The notes under the pieces are model-generated. The model ran no database searches. It was given only the letters and a program-made list of their open reading frames with translations, and was not told the DNA's origin. Both the position numbers and the translations under genes were made by a program. From Squalus acanthias (lineage: Eukaryota), in contig JASTWF010000337.1 of assembly GCA_030390025.1 (NCBI GenBank), positions 186,001 to 250,000 of the forward strand: DNA of 64,000 nt, read 5' to 3'. Of the stretch, positions 35,701 to 49,444 are shown in pieces; within the stretch, counting starts at the first letter, position 1; every line of letters begins with the position of its first letter.

Positions 35701-38700
35701 TACTGTGCTCTCTATCAGCACTCCCTGTTACCGAGCTCTCTATCAGCACTCACCGTTAGTGCGCTCTCTATAAGCACTCCATATTACTGTGCTCTCTATC
35801 AGCACTCACTATTACTGCGCTCTCTATCAGCACTCCATATTACTGTGCTCTCTATCAGCACTCAATGTTACTGCGCTCTCTATCAGCACTCACTCTTACT
35901 GTGCTCTCTATCAGCACTCCCTGTTGCTGTGCTCTCTATCAGCACTCCCTGTTACTGTGCTCTCTATCAGTACTCTCTGGTACTATGACCTCTATCAGCA
36001 TTTCCTGATAATGTGCTCTCTATCAGCACTCCCTGTTACCGTGCTCTCTATCAGCACTCACTGTTGCTGCGCTCTCTACCAGCACTCCATATTACTGCGC
36101 TCTCTATCAGCACTCACTTTTAATGCTATCTGTATCAGCACTCGCTTTTACTGTGCGCTGTATCAGCACTCACTGTTACTGCGATCTCTATCGGCACTCC
36201 CTTTTACTGTGCTCTCTATCAGCACTCACTTTTACTGCGCTCTCTATCAGCACTCCATATTACTGTGCTCTCTATCAGCACTCAATGTTACTGCGCTCTC
36301 CATCAGCACTCACTGTTACTGTGCTCTCTATCAGCACTCACTCTTACTGTGCTCTCTATCAGCACTCCCTGTTACTGTGCTCTCTATCTGCACTCACTCT
36401 TACTGTGCTCTCTATCAGCACTCCCTGTTGCTGTGCTCTCTATCAGCACTCCCTGTTACTGTGCTCTCTATCAGTACTCTCTGGTACTATGACCTCTATC
36501 AGCATTTCCTGATAATGTGCTCTCTATCAGCACTCCCTGTTACCGTGCTCTCTATCAGCACTCACTGTTACTGCGCTCTCTGTAAGCACTCCATATTACT
36601 GTGCTCTCTATCAGCACTCACTTTTAATGCGATCTGTATCAGCACATCCCTTTTACTGTGCTCTCTAGCAGCACTCAATGTTACTGCGCTCTCTATCAGC
36701 AGTCCCTTTTACTGTGCTCTCTATCGGCACTCACTCTTACTGTGCTCTCTATCAGCACTTCCTGTTACTGTGCTCTCTATCAGCACTCGCTTTTACTGTG
36801 CTCTCTATCAGCACTCCCTTTTACTGTGCTCTCTATCAGCACTCCCTGTTACCGTGCTCTCTATCAGCACTCACTGTTACTGCACTCTCTATCAGCACTC
36901 CATATAACTGTGCTCTCTATCATCACTCCCTTTTACTGTGCTCTCTATCAGCACTCACTTTTACTGTGATATCTATCAGCACTCCCTTTTACTGTGCTCT
37001 CAATCAGCACTCCCTTTTACTGTGCTCTCTATCAGCACTCCCTGTTACTGTGCTCTCTATCAGCACTCCATATTACTGTGCTCTCTATCAGCACTCCCTT
37101 TTACTGTGATCTCTATCAGCAGTCCCTTACACTGCGATCTCTATCAGCAATCCCTTTTACTGCTATCTCTATCAGCACTCCCATTTACTATGCTCTTAAG
37201 CAGCACTCCCTGATACTGTGCTCTCTATCAGCTTCCCTTTTACTGCGCTATCTATTAGCACTCCCTGTTACAGTGCTCTCTATCAACACTCACGGTTACT
37301 GCACTCTCTATCAGCACTCCCTGTTACCGTGTTCTCTATCAACACTCATGGTTACTGCACTCTCTATCAGCACTCCCTGTTAGTGCTCGCTATCAGCACT
37401 CACTGTTACTGCGCTCTCTATCAGCACTCACTTTTACCGTGCTCTCTGTCAGCACTCCCTTTTACTGCGCTCTCTATCAGCACCCACTTTTACTGCGATC
37501 TCTATCAACACTCCCTTTTACTGTGCTCTGAATCAGCACTCCCTTTTACTGTGCTCTCTATCAGCACTCCCTGCTACTGTGCTCTCTTTCAGCACTCCCA
37601 TTTACTGTGCTCTCTTTCAGCACTTCCTATTACTGTGCTCTCTATCAGCACTAACTTTTACTGTGAATTCTATCAAACTACTTTTACTGCGATCTCTATC
37701 AGCGCTCCCTTTTACTGCGATCTCTTTCAGCACTCCCTCTTAATGTGCTCTCTATCAGCTTCCCTTTTACTGCGCTCTCTATCAGCACTCCCTGTTACTG
37801 TGCTCTCTATCAGCACTCACTGTTACTGTGCTCTCTATCAGCACTCGCTGTTACTGTGCTCTCTATCTGCACTCACTCTTACTGTGCTCTCTATCAGCAC
37901 TCCCTGTTGCTGTGCTCTCTATCAGCACTCCATATTACTGTGACCTCTATCTGCACTCACTCTTCCTGTGCTCTCTATCAGCACTCCCTGTTGCTGTGCT
38001 CTCTATCAGTACTCTCTGGTACTGTGACCTCTATCAGCATTTCCTGATAATGTGCTCTCTATCTGCACTCCCTGTTACCGTGCTCTCTATCAGCACTCAC
38101 TGTTACTGTGCTCTCCAGCAGCACTCAATGTTACTGCGCTCTCTATCAGCAGTCCCTTTTACTGTGCTCTCTATCGGCACTCACTCTTACTGTGCTCTCT
38201 ATCAGCACTTCCTGTTACTGTGCTCTCTATCAGCACTCGCTTTTACTGTGCTCTCTAGCAGCACTCACTGTTACTGCGCTCTCTATCAGCACTCCCTGTT
38301 ACTCTGCTCCCGATCAGCACTCACTTTTACTGCGCTCTCTATCAGCACTCACTGTTACTGCGCTCTCTATCAGTACTCTCTGGTACTGTGCTCTCTATCA
38401 GCACTCACTGTTACTGCGCTCTCTATCAGCACTCCCTTTTACTGTGCTCTCAATCAGCACTCCCTTTTACTGTGCTCTCTATCAGCACTCCCTGTTACTG
38501 TGCTCTCTATCAGCACTCACTGTTACTGCGCTCTCTATCAGCACTCCCTGTTACTGTGCTCTCTATCAGCACTCACTGTTACTGCGCTCTCTATCAGCAC
38601 TCCTGTTACTGTGCTCTCTATCAGCACTCCCTGTTACTGTGCTCTCTATCAGCACTCACTGTTACTGCGCTCTCTATCAGCACTCACTGTTACTGTGCTC

Positions 38701-41700
38701 TCTATCAGCACTCCCTGTTACTGCGCTCTCTATCAGCACTCCCTGTTACTGTGCTCTCTATCAGCACTCCCTGTTACTGTGCTCTCTATCAGCACTCACT
38801 GTTACTGTGCTCTCTATCAGCACTCACTGTTACTGTGCTCTCTATCAGCACTCCCTGTTACTGTGCTCTCTATCAGCACTCCCTGTTACTGTGCTCTCTA
38901 TCAGCACTCCCTGTTACTGTGCTCTCTATCAGCACTCCCTGTTACTGTGCTCTCTATCAGCACTCCCTGTTACAGTGCTCTCTATCAGCACTCACGGTTA
39001 CTGCGCTCTCTATCAGCACTCCCTGTTACCGTGCTCTCTATCAGCACTCCCTGTTACCGTGCTCTCTATCAGCACTCACTGTTACTGCGCTCTCTATCAG
39101 CACTCACTTTTACCGTGCTCTCTGTCAACACTCCCTTTTACTGCGCTCTGAATCAGCACTCCCTTTTACAGTGCTCTCTATCAGCACTCCCTGCTACTGT
39201 GCTCTCTTTCAGCACTCCCATTTACTGTGCTCTCTTTCAGCACTCCCTATTACTGTGCTCTCTATCAGCACTCACTTTTACTGTGAATTCTATCAAACTA
39301 CTTTTACTGCGATCTCTATCAGCGCTCCCTTTTACTGCGATCTCTTTCAGCACTCCCTCTTAATGTGCTCTCTATCAGCTTCCCTTTTACTGCGCTCTCT
39401 ATCAGCACTCCCTGTTACTGTGCTCTCTATCAGCACTCGCTGTTACTGTGCTCTCTATCAGCACTCGCTGTTACTGTGCTCTCTATCTGCACTCACTCTT
39501 ACTGTGCTCTCTATCAGCACTCCCTGTTACCGTGCTCTCTATCAGCACTCACTGTTACTGCGCTCTCTGTAAGCACTCCATATTACTGTGCTCTCTATCA
39601 GCACTCACTTTTAATGCGATCTGTATCAGCACTCACTGTTCCTGCGTTCTCTATCACTACTCCATATTACTGTGCTCTCTATCAGCAGTCCCTTTTACTG
39701 TGCTCTCTATCGGCACTCACTCTTACTGTGCTCTCTATCAGCACTTCCTGTTACTGTGCTCTCTATCAGCACTCGCTTTTACTGTGCTCTCTATCAGCAC
39801 TCCCTTTTACTGTGCTCTCTATCAGCACTCCCTGTTACCGTGCTCTCTATCAGCACTCACTGTTACTGCACTCTCTATCAGCACTCCATATAACTGTGCT
39901 CTCTATCATCACTCCCTTTTACTGTGCTCTCTATCAGCACTCACTGTTCCTGCGTTCTCTATCACTACTCCATATTACTGTGCTCTCTATCAGCACTCAC
40001 TGTTACTGTGCTCTAATATCAGCACTCCCTTTTACTGTGCTCTCTTTCAGCACTCACTTTTACTGTGATATCTATCAGCACTCCCTTTTACTGTGCTCTC
40101 TATCAGCACTCACTTTTACTGTGAAATCTATCAGCACTCCCTTTTACTGTGCTCTCAATCAGCACTCCCTTTTACTGTGCTCTCTATCAGCACTCCCTGT
40201 TACTGTGCTCTCTATCAGCACTCCATATTACTGTGCTCTCTATCAGCACTCCCTTTTACTGTGATCTCTATCAGCAGTCCCTTACACTGCGATCTCTATC
40301 AGCAATCCCTTTTACTGCTATCTCTATCAGCACTCCCATTTACTATGCTCTTAAGCAGCACTCCCTGATACTGTGCTCTCTATCAGCTTCCCTTTTACTG
40401 CGCTATCTATTAGCACTCCCTGTTACAGTGCTCTCTATCAACACTCACGGTTACTGCACTCTCTATCAGCACTCCCTGTTACCGTGCTCTCTATCAACAC
40501 TCACGGTTACTGCACTCTCTATCAGCACTCCCTGTTACCGTGCTCTCTATCAGCACTCACTGTTACTGCGCTCTCTATCAGCACTCCCTGTTACAGTGCT
40601 CGCTATCAGCACTCACTGTTACTGCGCTCTCTATCAGCACTCCCTGTTACAGTGCTCGCTACCAGCACTCACTGTTACTGCGCTCTCTATCAGCACTCAC
40701 TTTTACCGTGCTCTCTGTCAGCACTCCCTTTTACTGCGCTCTCTATCAGCACCCACTTTTACTGCGATCTCTATCAACACTCCCTTTTACTGTGCTCTGA
40801 ATCAGCACTCCCTTTTACTGTGCTCTCTATCAGCACTCCGTTACTCTGCCGTCTATCAGCACTCCATATTACAGTGCTCTCTATCAGCACTCCCTGCTAC
40901 TGTGCTCTCTTTCAGCACTCCCATTTACTGTGCTCTCTTTCAGCACTCCCTATTACTGTGCTCTCTATCAGCACTCACTTTTACTGTGAATTCTATCAAA
41001 CTACTTTTACTGCGATCTCTATCAGCGCTCCCATTTACTGCGATCTCTTTCAGCACTCCCTCTTAATGTGCTCTCTATCAGCTTCCCTTTTACTGCGCTC
41101 TCTATCAGCACTCCCTGTTAATATACTCTCTAGCAACACTCCCTGTTACTCTGCTCCCGATCAGCACTCAGTATTACTGCGCTCTCTATCAGCACTCACT
41201 TTTACTGCGCTCTCTATCAGCACTCACTTTTACCGTGCTCTCTATCAGCACCCACTGTTACTGTGCTCTCTATCAGCACTCACTTTTACCGTGCTCTCTA
41301 TCAGCACCCACTGTTACTGTGCTCTCTATCAGCACTCACTGTTACTATGCTCTCTATCAGCACTCACTGTTACTGCGCTCTCTATCAGCACTCCCTGTTA
41401 CTGTGCTCTCTATCAGCACTCCCTGATACTGTGCTCTCTGTCAACACTCCCTTTTACTGCGCTCTCTATCAGCACCCACTTTTACTGCGATCTCTATCAA
41501 CACTACCTTTTACTGTGCTCTGAATCAGCACTCCCTGCTACTGTGCTCTCTTTCAGCACTCACTTTGACTGCGATTCTATCAGAACTCCCTTTTACTGCA
41601 ATCTCGATCAGCACTCCCTCTTAATGTGCTCTCTATCAGCTTCCCATTTACTGCGCTCACTATTAGCACTATGTTACTTTGCTCTCTATTAGCACTAACT

Positions 41701-44700
41701 TTTAATGCGCTCTATATCAGCACTCCCTGTTACTCTGCTCTCTTTCAGCACTTGCTTTAATGTGCTATCTGTCAGCACTCCCTTTTACTGCGATCTCTAT
41801 CAACACTCCCTGTTACTGTGCTCTCTATCAGCACTCCCTGCTACTGTGCTCTCTTTCAGCACTCCCTGCTACTGTGCTCTCTTTCAGCACTCACTATTAC
41901 TGTGCTCTCTATCAGCACTCACTTTTACTGCGAATTCTATCAAACAACTTTTACTGCGATCTCTATCAGCGCTCCCTTTTACTGCGATCTCTTTCAGCCC
42001 TCCCTCTTAATGTGCTCTCTATCAGCTTCCCTTTTACTGCACTCTCTATCAGCATTCCCTGTTACTGTGCTCTCTAGCAGCACTCCCTGTTACTGTGCTC
42101 TCTATCAGCACTCACTGTTACTGTGCTGTCTGTCAGCACTTACTGTTACTGTGCTCTCTATTAGCACTCCCTGTTACTGTGCTCTCTAGCAGCACTTCCT
42201 GTTACTGTGCTCTCTATCAGCACTCACTGTTACTGTGCTGTCTGTCAGCACTCACTGTTACTGTGCTGTCTGTCAGCACTCACTGTTACTGCGCTCTCTA
42301 TCAGCACTCCCTGTTACTCTGCTCCCGATCAGCATTCAGTATTACTGCGCTCTCTATCAGCACTCCCTGATACTGTGCTCTCTTTCAGCACTCGCTGTTA
42401 CTGTGCTCTCTATCAACACTCACTGTTAATGCTCTCTCTATTAGCACTCCCTGATACTGTGCTCTCTATCAGCACTCCCTGTTACCGTGCTCTCTATCAG
42501 CAATCACTGTTACTGCTCTCTCTATCAACACTCACTGTTACTGTGCTCTCTATCAGCACTCACTGTTACTGCGATCTCTATCAACACTCCATTTTACTGT
42601 GCTCTGAATCAGCACTCCCTTTTACTGTGCTCTCTATCAGCACTCCCTTTTACTGCGATCTCTATCAGCACTCCCTTTTACTGCGATCTCTATCAGCACT
42701 CCCTGTTACTGCGCTCTCTAGCAGCACTCCCTGTTACTCTGTTCTCTAGCAGCACTCAATGATACTGCGCTCTCTATCAGCACTCCCTTTTACTGCGATC
42801 TCTATCAGCACTCCCTTTTACTGCGCTCTCTTTCAGCACTCCATATTACTGTGCTCTCTAGCAGCACTCAATGTTACTGTGCTCTCTATCAGCTTCCCTT
42901 TTACTGCGCTCTCCATCAGCACTCCCTGTTACCGTGCTCTCTATCAGCACTCCCTGTTACCGTGCTCTCTATCAGCACTCACTGTTACTGCGCTCTCTAT
43001 CAGCACTCACTGTTACTGTGCTCTCTATCAGCACTCCCTGTTACTGCGCTCTCTATCAGCACTCCCTGTTACAGTGCTCTCTATCAGCACTCCCTGCTAC
43101 TGTGCTCTCTATCAGCACTCCATGTTACTGTGCTCTCTTTCAGCACTCACTGTTACTGTGCTCTCTATCAGCACTCACTGTTACTGCGCTCTCTATCAGC
43201 ACTCCCTGTTACTGCGATCTCTATCAGCACTCCCTGTTACTGTGCTCTCTATCAGCACTCCCTGTTACTGCGCTCTCTATCAGCACTCCCTGTTACTGTG
43301 CTCTCTATCAGCACTCACTGTTACTGTGCTCTCTATCAGCACTCACTGTTACTGTGCTCTCTATCAGCACTCGCTGTTACTGTGCTCTCTATCTGCACTC
43401 ACTGTTACTGTGCTCTCTATCAGCACTCCCTGTTACTGTGCTCTCTATCAGCACTCACTCTTACTGCGCTCTCTATCAGCACTCCCTGTTGCTGTGCTCT
43501 CTATCAGCACTCCCTGTTACTGTGCTCTCTATCAGCACTCCCTGTTACCGTGCTCTCTATCAGCACTCACTGTTACTGCGCTCTCTGTAAGCACTCCATA
43601 TTACTGTGCTCTCTATCAGCACTCACATTTAATGCGATCTGTATCAGCACATCCCTTTTACTGTGCTCTCCAGCAGCACTCAATGTTACTGCGCTCTCTA
43701 TCAGCAGTCCCTTTTACTGTGCTCTCTATCGGCACTCACTCTTACTGTGCTCTCTATCAGCACTTCCTGTTAATATGCTCTCTATCAGCACTCACTTTTA
43801 CTGTGCTCTCTATCAGCACTCCCTGTTACCGTGCTCTCTATCAGCACTCACTGTTACTGCACTCTCTATCAGCACTCCATATAACTGTGCTCTCTATCAT
43901 CACTCCCTTTTACTGTGCTCTCTATCAGCACTCACTGTTCCTGCGTTCTCTATCACTACTCCATATTACTGTGCTCTCTATCAGCACTCACTGTTACTGT
44001 GCTCTCTATCAGCACTCCCTTTTACTGTGCTCTCTATCAGCACTCACATTTACTGTGATATCTATCAGCACTCCCTTTTACTGTGCTCTCAATCAGCACT
44101 CCCTTTTACTATGCTCTCTATCAGCACTCCCTGTTACTGTGCTCTCTATCAGCACTCCATATTACTGTGCTCTCTATCAGCACTCCCTTTTACTGTGATC
44201 TCTATCAGCAGTCCCTTACACTGCGATCTCTATCAGCAATCCCTTTTACTGCTATCTCTATCAGCACTCCCATTTACTATGCTCTTAAGCAGCACTCCCT
44301 GATACTGTGCTCTCTATCAGCTTCCCTTTTACTGCGCTATCTATTAGCACTCCCTGTTACAGTGCTCTCTATCAACACTCACGGTTACTGCACTCTCTAT
44401 CAGCACTCCCTGTTACCGTGCTCTCTATCAACACTCACGGTTACTGCACTCTCTATCAGCACTCCCTGTTACCGTGCTCTCTATCAGCACTCACTGTTAC
44501 TGCGCTCTCTATCAGCACTCCCTGTTACTGTGCTCTCTATCAGCACTCACTGTTACTGCGCTCTCTATCAGCACTCCCTGTTACCGTGCTCTCTACAGCA
44601 CTCACTGTTACTGCGCTCTCTATCAGCACTCACTGTTACCTGTGCTCTCTGTCAGCACTCCCTTTTACTGCGCTCTCTATCAGCACCCACTTTTACTGCG

Positions 44701-47700
44701 ATCTCTATCAGCACTCCCTTTTACTGTGCTCTCTATCAGCACTCCCTTTTACTGTGCTCTCTATCAGCACTCCGTTACTCTGCGCTCTATCAGCACTCCA
44801 TATTACAGTGCTCTCCATCAGCACTCCCTGCTACTGTGCTCTCTTTCAGCACTCCCATTTACTGTGCTCTCTATCAGCACTCCCTATTACTGTGCTCTCT
44901 ATCAGCTTCCCTTTTACTGCGCTCTCCATCAGCACTCCCTGTTACCGTGCTCTCTATCAGCACTCCCTGTTACCGTGCTCTCTATCAGCACTCACTTTTA
45001 CCGTGCTCTCTGTCAACACTCCCTTTTACTGCGCTCTGAATCAGCACTCCCTTTTACAGTGCTCTCTATCAGCACTCCCTGCTACTGTGCTCTCTTTCAG
45101 CACTCCCATTTACTGTGCTCTCTTTCAGCACTCCCTATTACTGTGCTCTCTATCAGCACTCACTTTTACTGTGAATTCTATCAAACTACTTTTACTGCGA
45201 TCTCTATCAGCGCTCCCTTTTACTGCGATCTCTTTCAGCACTCCCTCTTAATGTGCTCTCTATCAGCTTCCCTTTTACTGCGCTCTCTATCAGCACTCCC
45301 TGTTACTGTGCTCTCTAGCAGCACTCAATGTTACTGCGCTCTCTATCAGCACTCACTGTTACTGTGCTCTCTATCAGCACTCGCTGTTACTGTGCTCTCT
45401 ATCTGCACTCACTCTTACTGTGCTCTCTATCAGCACTCCCTGTTACTGTGCTCTCTATCTGCACTCACTCTTACTGCGCTCTCTATCAGCACTCCCTGTT
45501 GCTGTGCTCTCTATCAGCACTCCCTGTTACTGTGCTCTCTATCAGTACTCTCTGGTACTGTGACCTCTATCAGCATTTCCTGATAATGTGCTCTCTATCA
45601 GCACTCCCTGTTACAGTGCTCTCTATCAGCACTCACTGTTACTGCGCTCTCTGTAAGCACTCCATATTACTGTGCTCTCTATCAGCACTCACATTTAATG
45701 CGATCTGTATCAGCACATCCCTTTTACTGTGCTCTCCAGCAGCACTCAATGTTACTGCGCTCTCTATCAGCAGTCCCTTTTACTGTGCTCTCTATCGGCA
45801 CTCACTCTTACTGTGCTCTCTATCAGCACTTCCTGTTACTATGCTCTCTATCAGCACTCGCTTTTACTGTGCTCTCTATCAGCACTCCCTTTTACTGTGC
45901 TCTCTATCAGCACTCCCTGTTACCGTGCTCTCTATCAGCACTCACTGTTACTGCACTCTCTATCAGCATTCCATATAACTGTGCTCTCTATCATCACTCC
46001 CTTTTACTGTGCTCTCTATCAGCACTCACTGTTCCTGCGTTCTCTATCACTACTCCATATTACTGTGCTCTCTATCAGCACTCCCTTTTACTGTGATCTC
46101 TATCAGCAGTCCCTTACACTGCGATCTCTATCAGCAATCCCTTTTACTGCTATCTCTATCAGCACTCCCATTTACTATGCTCTTAAGCAGCACTCCCTGA
46201 TACTGTGCTCTCTATCAGCTTCCCTTTTACTGCGCTATCTATTAGCACTCCCTGTTACAGTGCTCTCTATCAACACTCACGGTTACTGCACTCTCTATCA
46301 GCACTCCCTGTTACCGTGCTCTCTATCAACACTCACGGTTACTGCACTCTCTATCAGCACTCCCTGTTACCGTGCTCTCTATCAGCACTCCCTGTTACAG
46401 TGCTCGCTACCAGCACTCACTGTTACTGCGCTCTCTATCAGCACTCACTTTTACCGTGCTCTCTGTCAGCACTCCCTTTTACTGCGCTCTCTATCAGCAC
46501 CCACTTTTACTGCGATCTCTATCAACACTCCCTTTTACTGTGCTCTGAATCAGCACTCCCTTTTACTGTGCTCTCTATCAGCACTCCGTTACTCTGCCGT
46601 CTATCAGCACTCCATATTACAGTGCTCTCCATCAGCACTCCCTGCTACTGTGCTCTCTTTCAGCACTCCCATTTACTGTGCTCTCTTTCAGCACTCCCTA
46701 TTACTGTGCTCTCTATCAGCACTCCCTATTACTGTGAATTCTATCAAACTACTTTTACTGCGATCTCTATCAGCACTCCCTCTTAATGTGCTCTCTATCA
46801 GCTTCCCTTTTACTGCGCTCTCTATCAGCACTCCCTGTTAATGTACTCTCTAGCAGCACTCAATGTTACTGCGCTCTCTATCAGCACTCCCTGTTACTGT
46901 GCTCTCTATCAGCACTCACTGTTACTGCGCTCTCTATCAGCACTCCCTGTTACTGTGCTCTCTTTCAGCACTCCCTGTTACTGTGCTCTCTATCAGCACT
47001 CACTGTTACTGTGCTCTCTATCAGCACTCACTGTTACTGTGCTCTCTATCAGCACTCCCTGTTACTGTGCTCTCTATCAGCACTCCCTGTTACTGTGCTC
47101 TCTATCAGCACTCCCTGTTACTGCGCTCTCTATCAGCACTCCCTGTTACTGTGCTCTCTATCAGCACTCACTGTTACTGCGCTCTCTATCAGCACTCACT
47201 GTTACTGTGCTCTCTATCAGCACTCACTGTTACTGTGCTCTCTATCAGCACTCACTGTTACTGTGCTCTCTATCAGCACTCCCTGTTACTGTGCTCTCTA
47301 TCAGCACTCACTGTTACTGCGCTCTCTATCAGCACTCCCTGTTACTGTGCTCTCTATCAGCACTCCCTGTTACTGTGCTCTCTATCAGCACTCACTGTTA
47401 CTGCTGCTCTCTATCAGCACTCCCTGTTACTGTGCTCTCTATCAGCACTCCCTGTTACTGTGCTCTCTATCAGCACTCCCTTTTACTGCGCTCTCTATCA
47501 GCACTCCCTGTTAATATACTCTCTAGCAGCACTCCCTGTTACTCTGCTCCCGATCAGCACTCAGTATTACTGCGCTCTCTATCAGCACTCACTTTTACTG
47601 CGCTCTCTATCAGCACTCACTTTTACCGTGCTCTCTATCAGCACCCACTGTTACTGTGCTCTCTATCAGCACTCACTTTTACTGCGCTCTCTATCAGCAC

Positions 47701-49444
47701 TCACTTTTACTGCGCTCTCTATCAGCACTCACTTTTACCGTGCTCTCTATCAGCACTCCCTGTTACTGTGCTCTCTATCAGCACCCACTGTTACTGTGCT
47801 CTCTATCAGCACTCACTGTTACTGTGCTCTCTATCAGCACTCACTGTTACTGTGCTCTCAATCAGCACTCCCTGTTACTGAGCTCTCTGTCAACACTCCC
47901 TTTTACTGCGCTCTCTATCAGCACCCACTTTTACTGCGATCTCTATCAACACTACCTTTTACTGTGCTCTCTATCAGCACTCCCTGCTACTGTGCTCTCT
48001 TTCAGCACTCCCATTTACTGCGATCTCTTTCAGCACTCCCTCTTAATGTGCTCTCTATCAGCTTCCCTTTTACTGCGCTCTCTTTCAGCACTCACTTTGA
48101 CTGCGATTCTATCAGAACTCCCTTTTACTGCAATCTCGATCAGCACTCCCTCTTAATGTGCTCTCTATCAGCTTCCCATTTACTGCGCTCACTATTAGCA
48201 CTATGTTACTGTGCTCTCTATCAGCACTCAGTTACTTTGCTCTCTATTAACACTAACTTTTATTGCGCTCTATATCAGCACTCCCTGTTACTCTGCTCTC
48301 TTTCAGCACTTGCTTTAATGTGCTATCTGTCAGCACTCCCTTTTACTGCGATCTCTATCAACACTCCCTTGTACTGTGCTCTGAATCAGCACTCCATATT
48401 ACTGTGCTCTCTATCAGCACTCCCTGCTACTGTGCTCTCTTTCAGCACTCCCTGCTACTGTGCTCTCTATCAGCACTCACTTTTACTGCGAATTCTATCA
48501 AACAACTTTTACTGCGATCTCTATCAGCGCTCCCTTTTACTGCGATCTCTTTCAGCCCTCCCTCTTAATGTGCTCTCTATCAGCTTCCCTTTTACTGCAC
48601 TCTCTATCAGCATTCCCTGTTACTGTGCTCTCTAGCAGCACTCCCTGTTACTGTGCTCTCTATCAGCACTCACTGTTACTGTGCTGTCTGTCAGCACTTA
48701 CTGTTACTGTGCTCTCTATTAGCACTCCCTGTTACTGTGCTCTCTAGCAGCACTTCCTGTTACTGTGCTCTCTATCAGCACTCACTGTTACTGTGCTGTC
48801 TGTCAGCACTCACTGTTACTGTGCTGTCTGTCAGCACTCACTGTTACTGCGCTCTCTATCAGCACTCCCTGTTACTCTGCTCCCGATCAGCATTCAGTAT
48901 TACTGCGCTCTCTATCAGCACTCCCTGATACTGTGCTCTCTTTCAGCACTCACTGTTCCTGCGCTCTCTTTCAGCACTCGCATTTTACTGTGCTCTCTAT
49001 CAGCACACCCTTTTACTGTGCTCTGTATCAGCAGTCACTTTTACTGCGAATTCTATCAAACTCCCTTTTACTGCGCTCTCTGTCAGCGCTCCCTTTTACC
49101 GTTCTCTCTATCTGCACTCACTGTTACTGCGCTCTCTATCAGCACTCCATATTACTGTGCTCTCTATCAGCACTCCCTTTTACTGTGCTCTCTCTCAGCA
49201 CTCACTTTTACTGTGATCTCTATCAGCACTCCCTTTTACTGCGCTCTCTATCAGCACTCCCTGTTACTGTGCTCTCTATCATCACTCCCTTTTACTGTGC
49301 TCTGTTTCAGCACTCACTTGTACTGCGAATTCTATTACCACTCACTTTCAATGCTATCTGTATCAGCACTCACTTTTACTGTGCTCTCTATCAGCACTCA
49401 CTTTTACTGCGATCTCTATCAGCACTCCCTGTTACTTTGCTCTC
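17744..49444. repeat. 28-bp satellite array, left block; consensus CTGTTACTGTGCTCTCTATCAGCACTC(C/A)
   Basis: Head-to-tail 28-mers in one orientation with no spacers; common variants TGTGC/TGCGC, CTCCC/CTCAC/CTCCA, CTGTTA/CTTTTA. Confidence 0.99.
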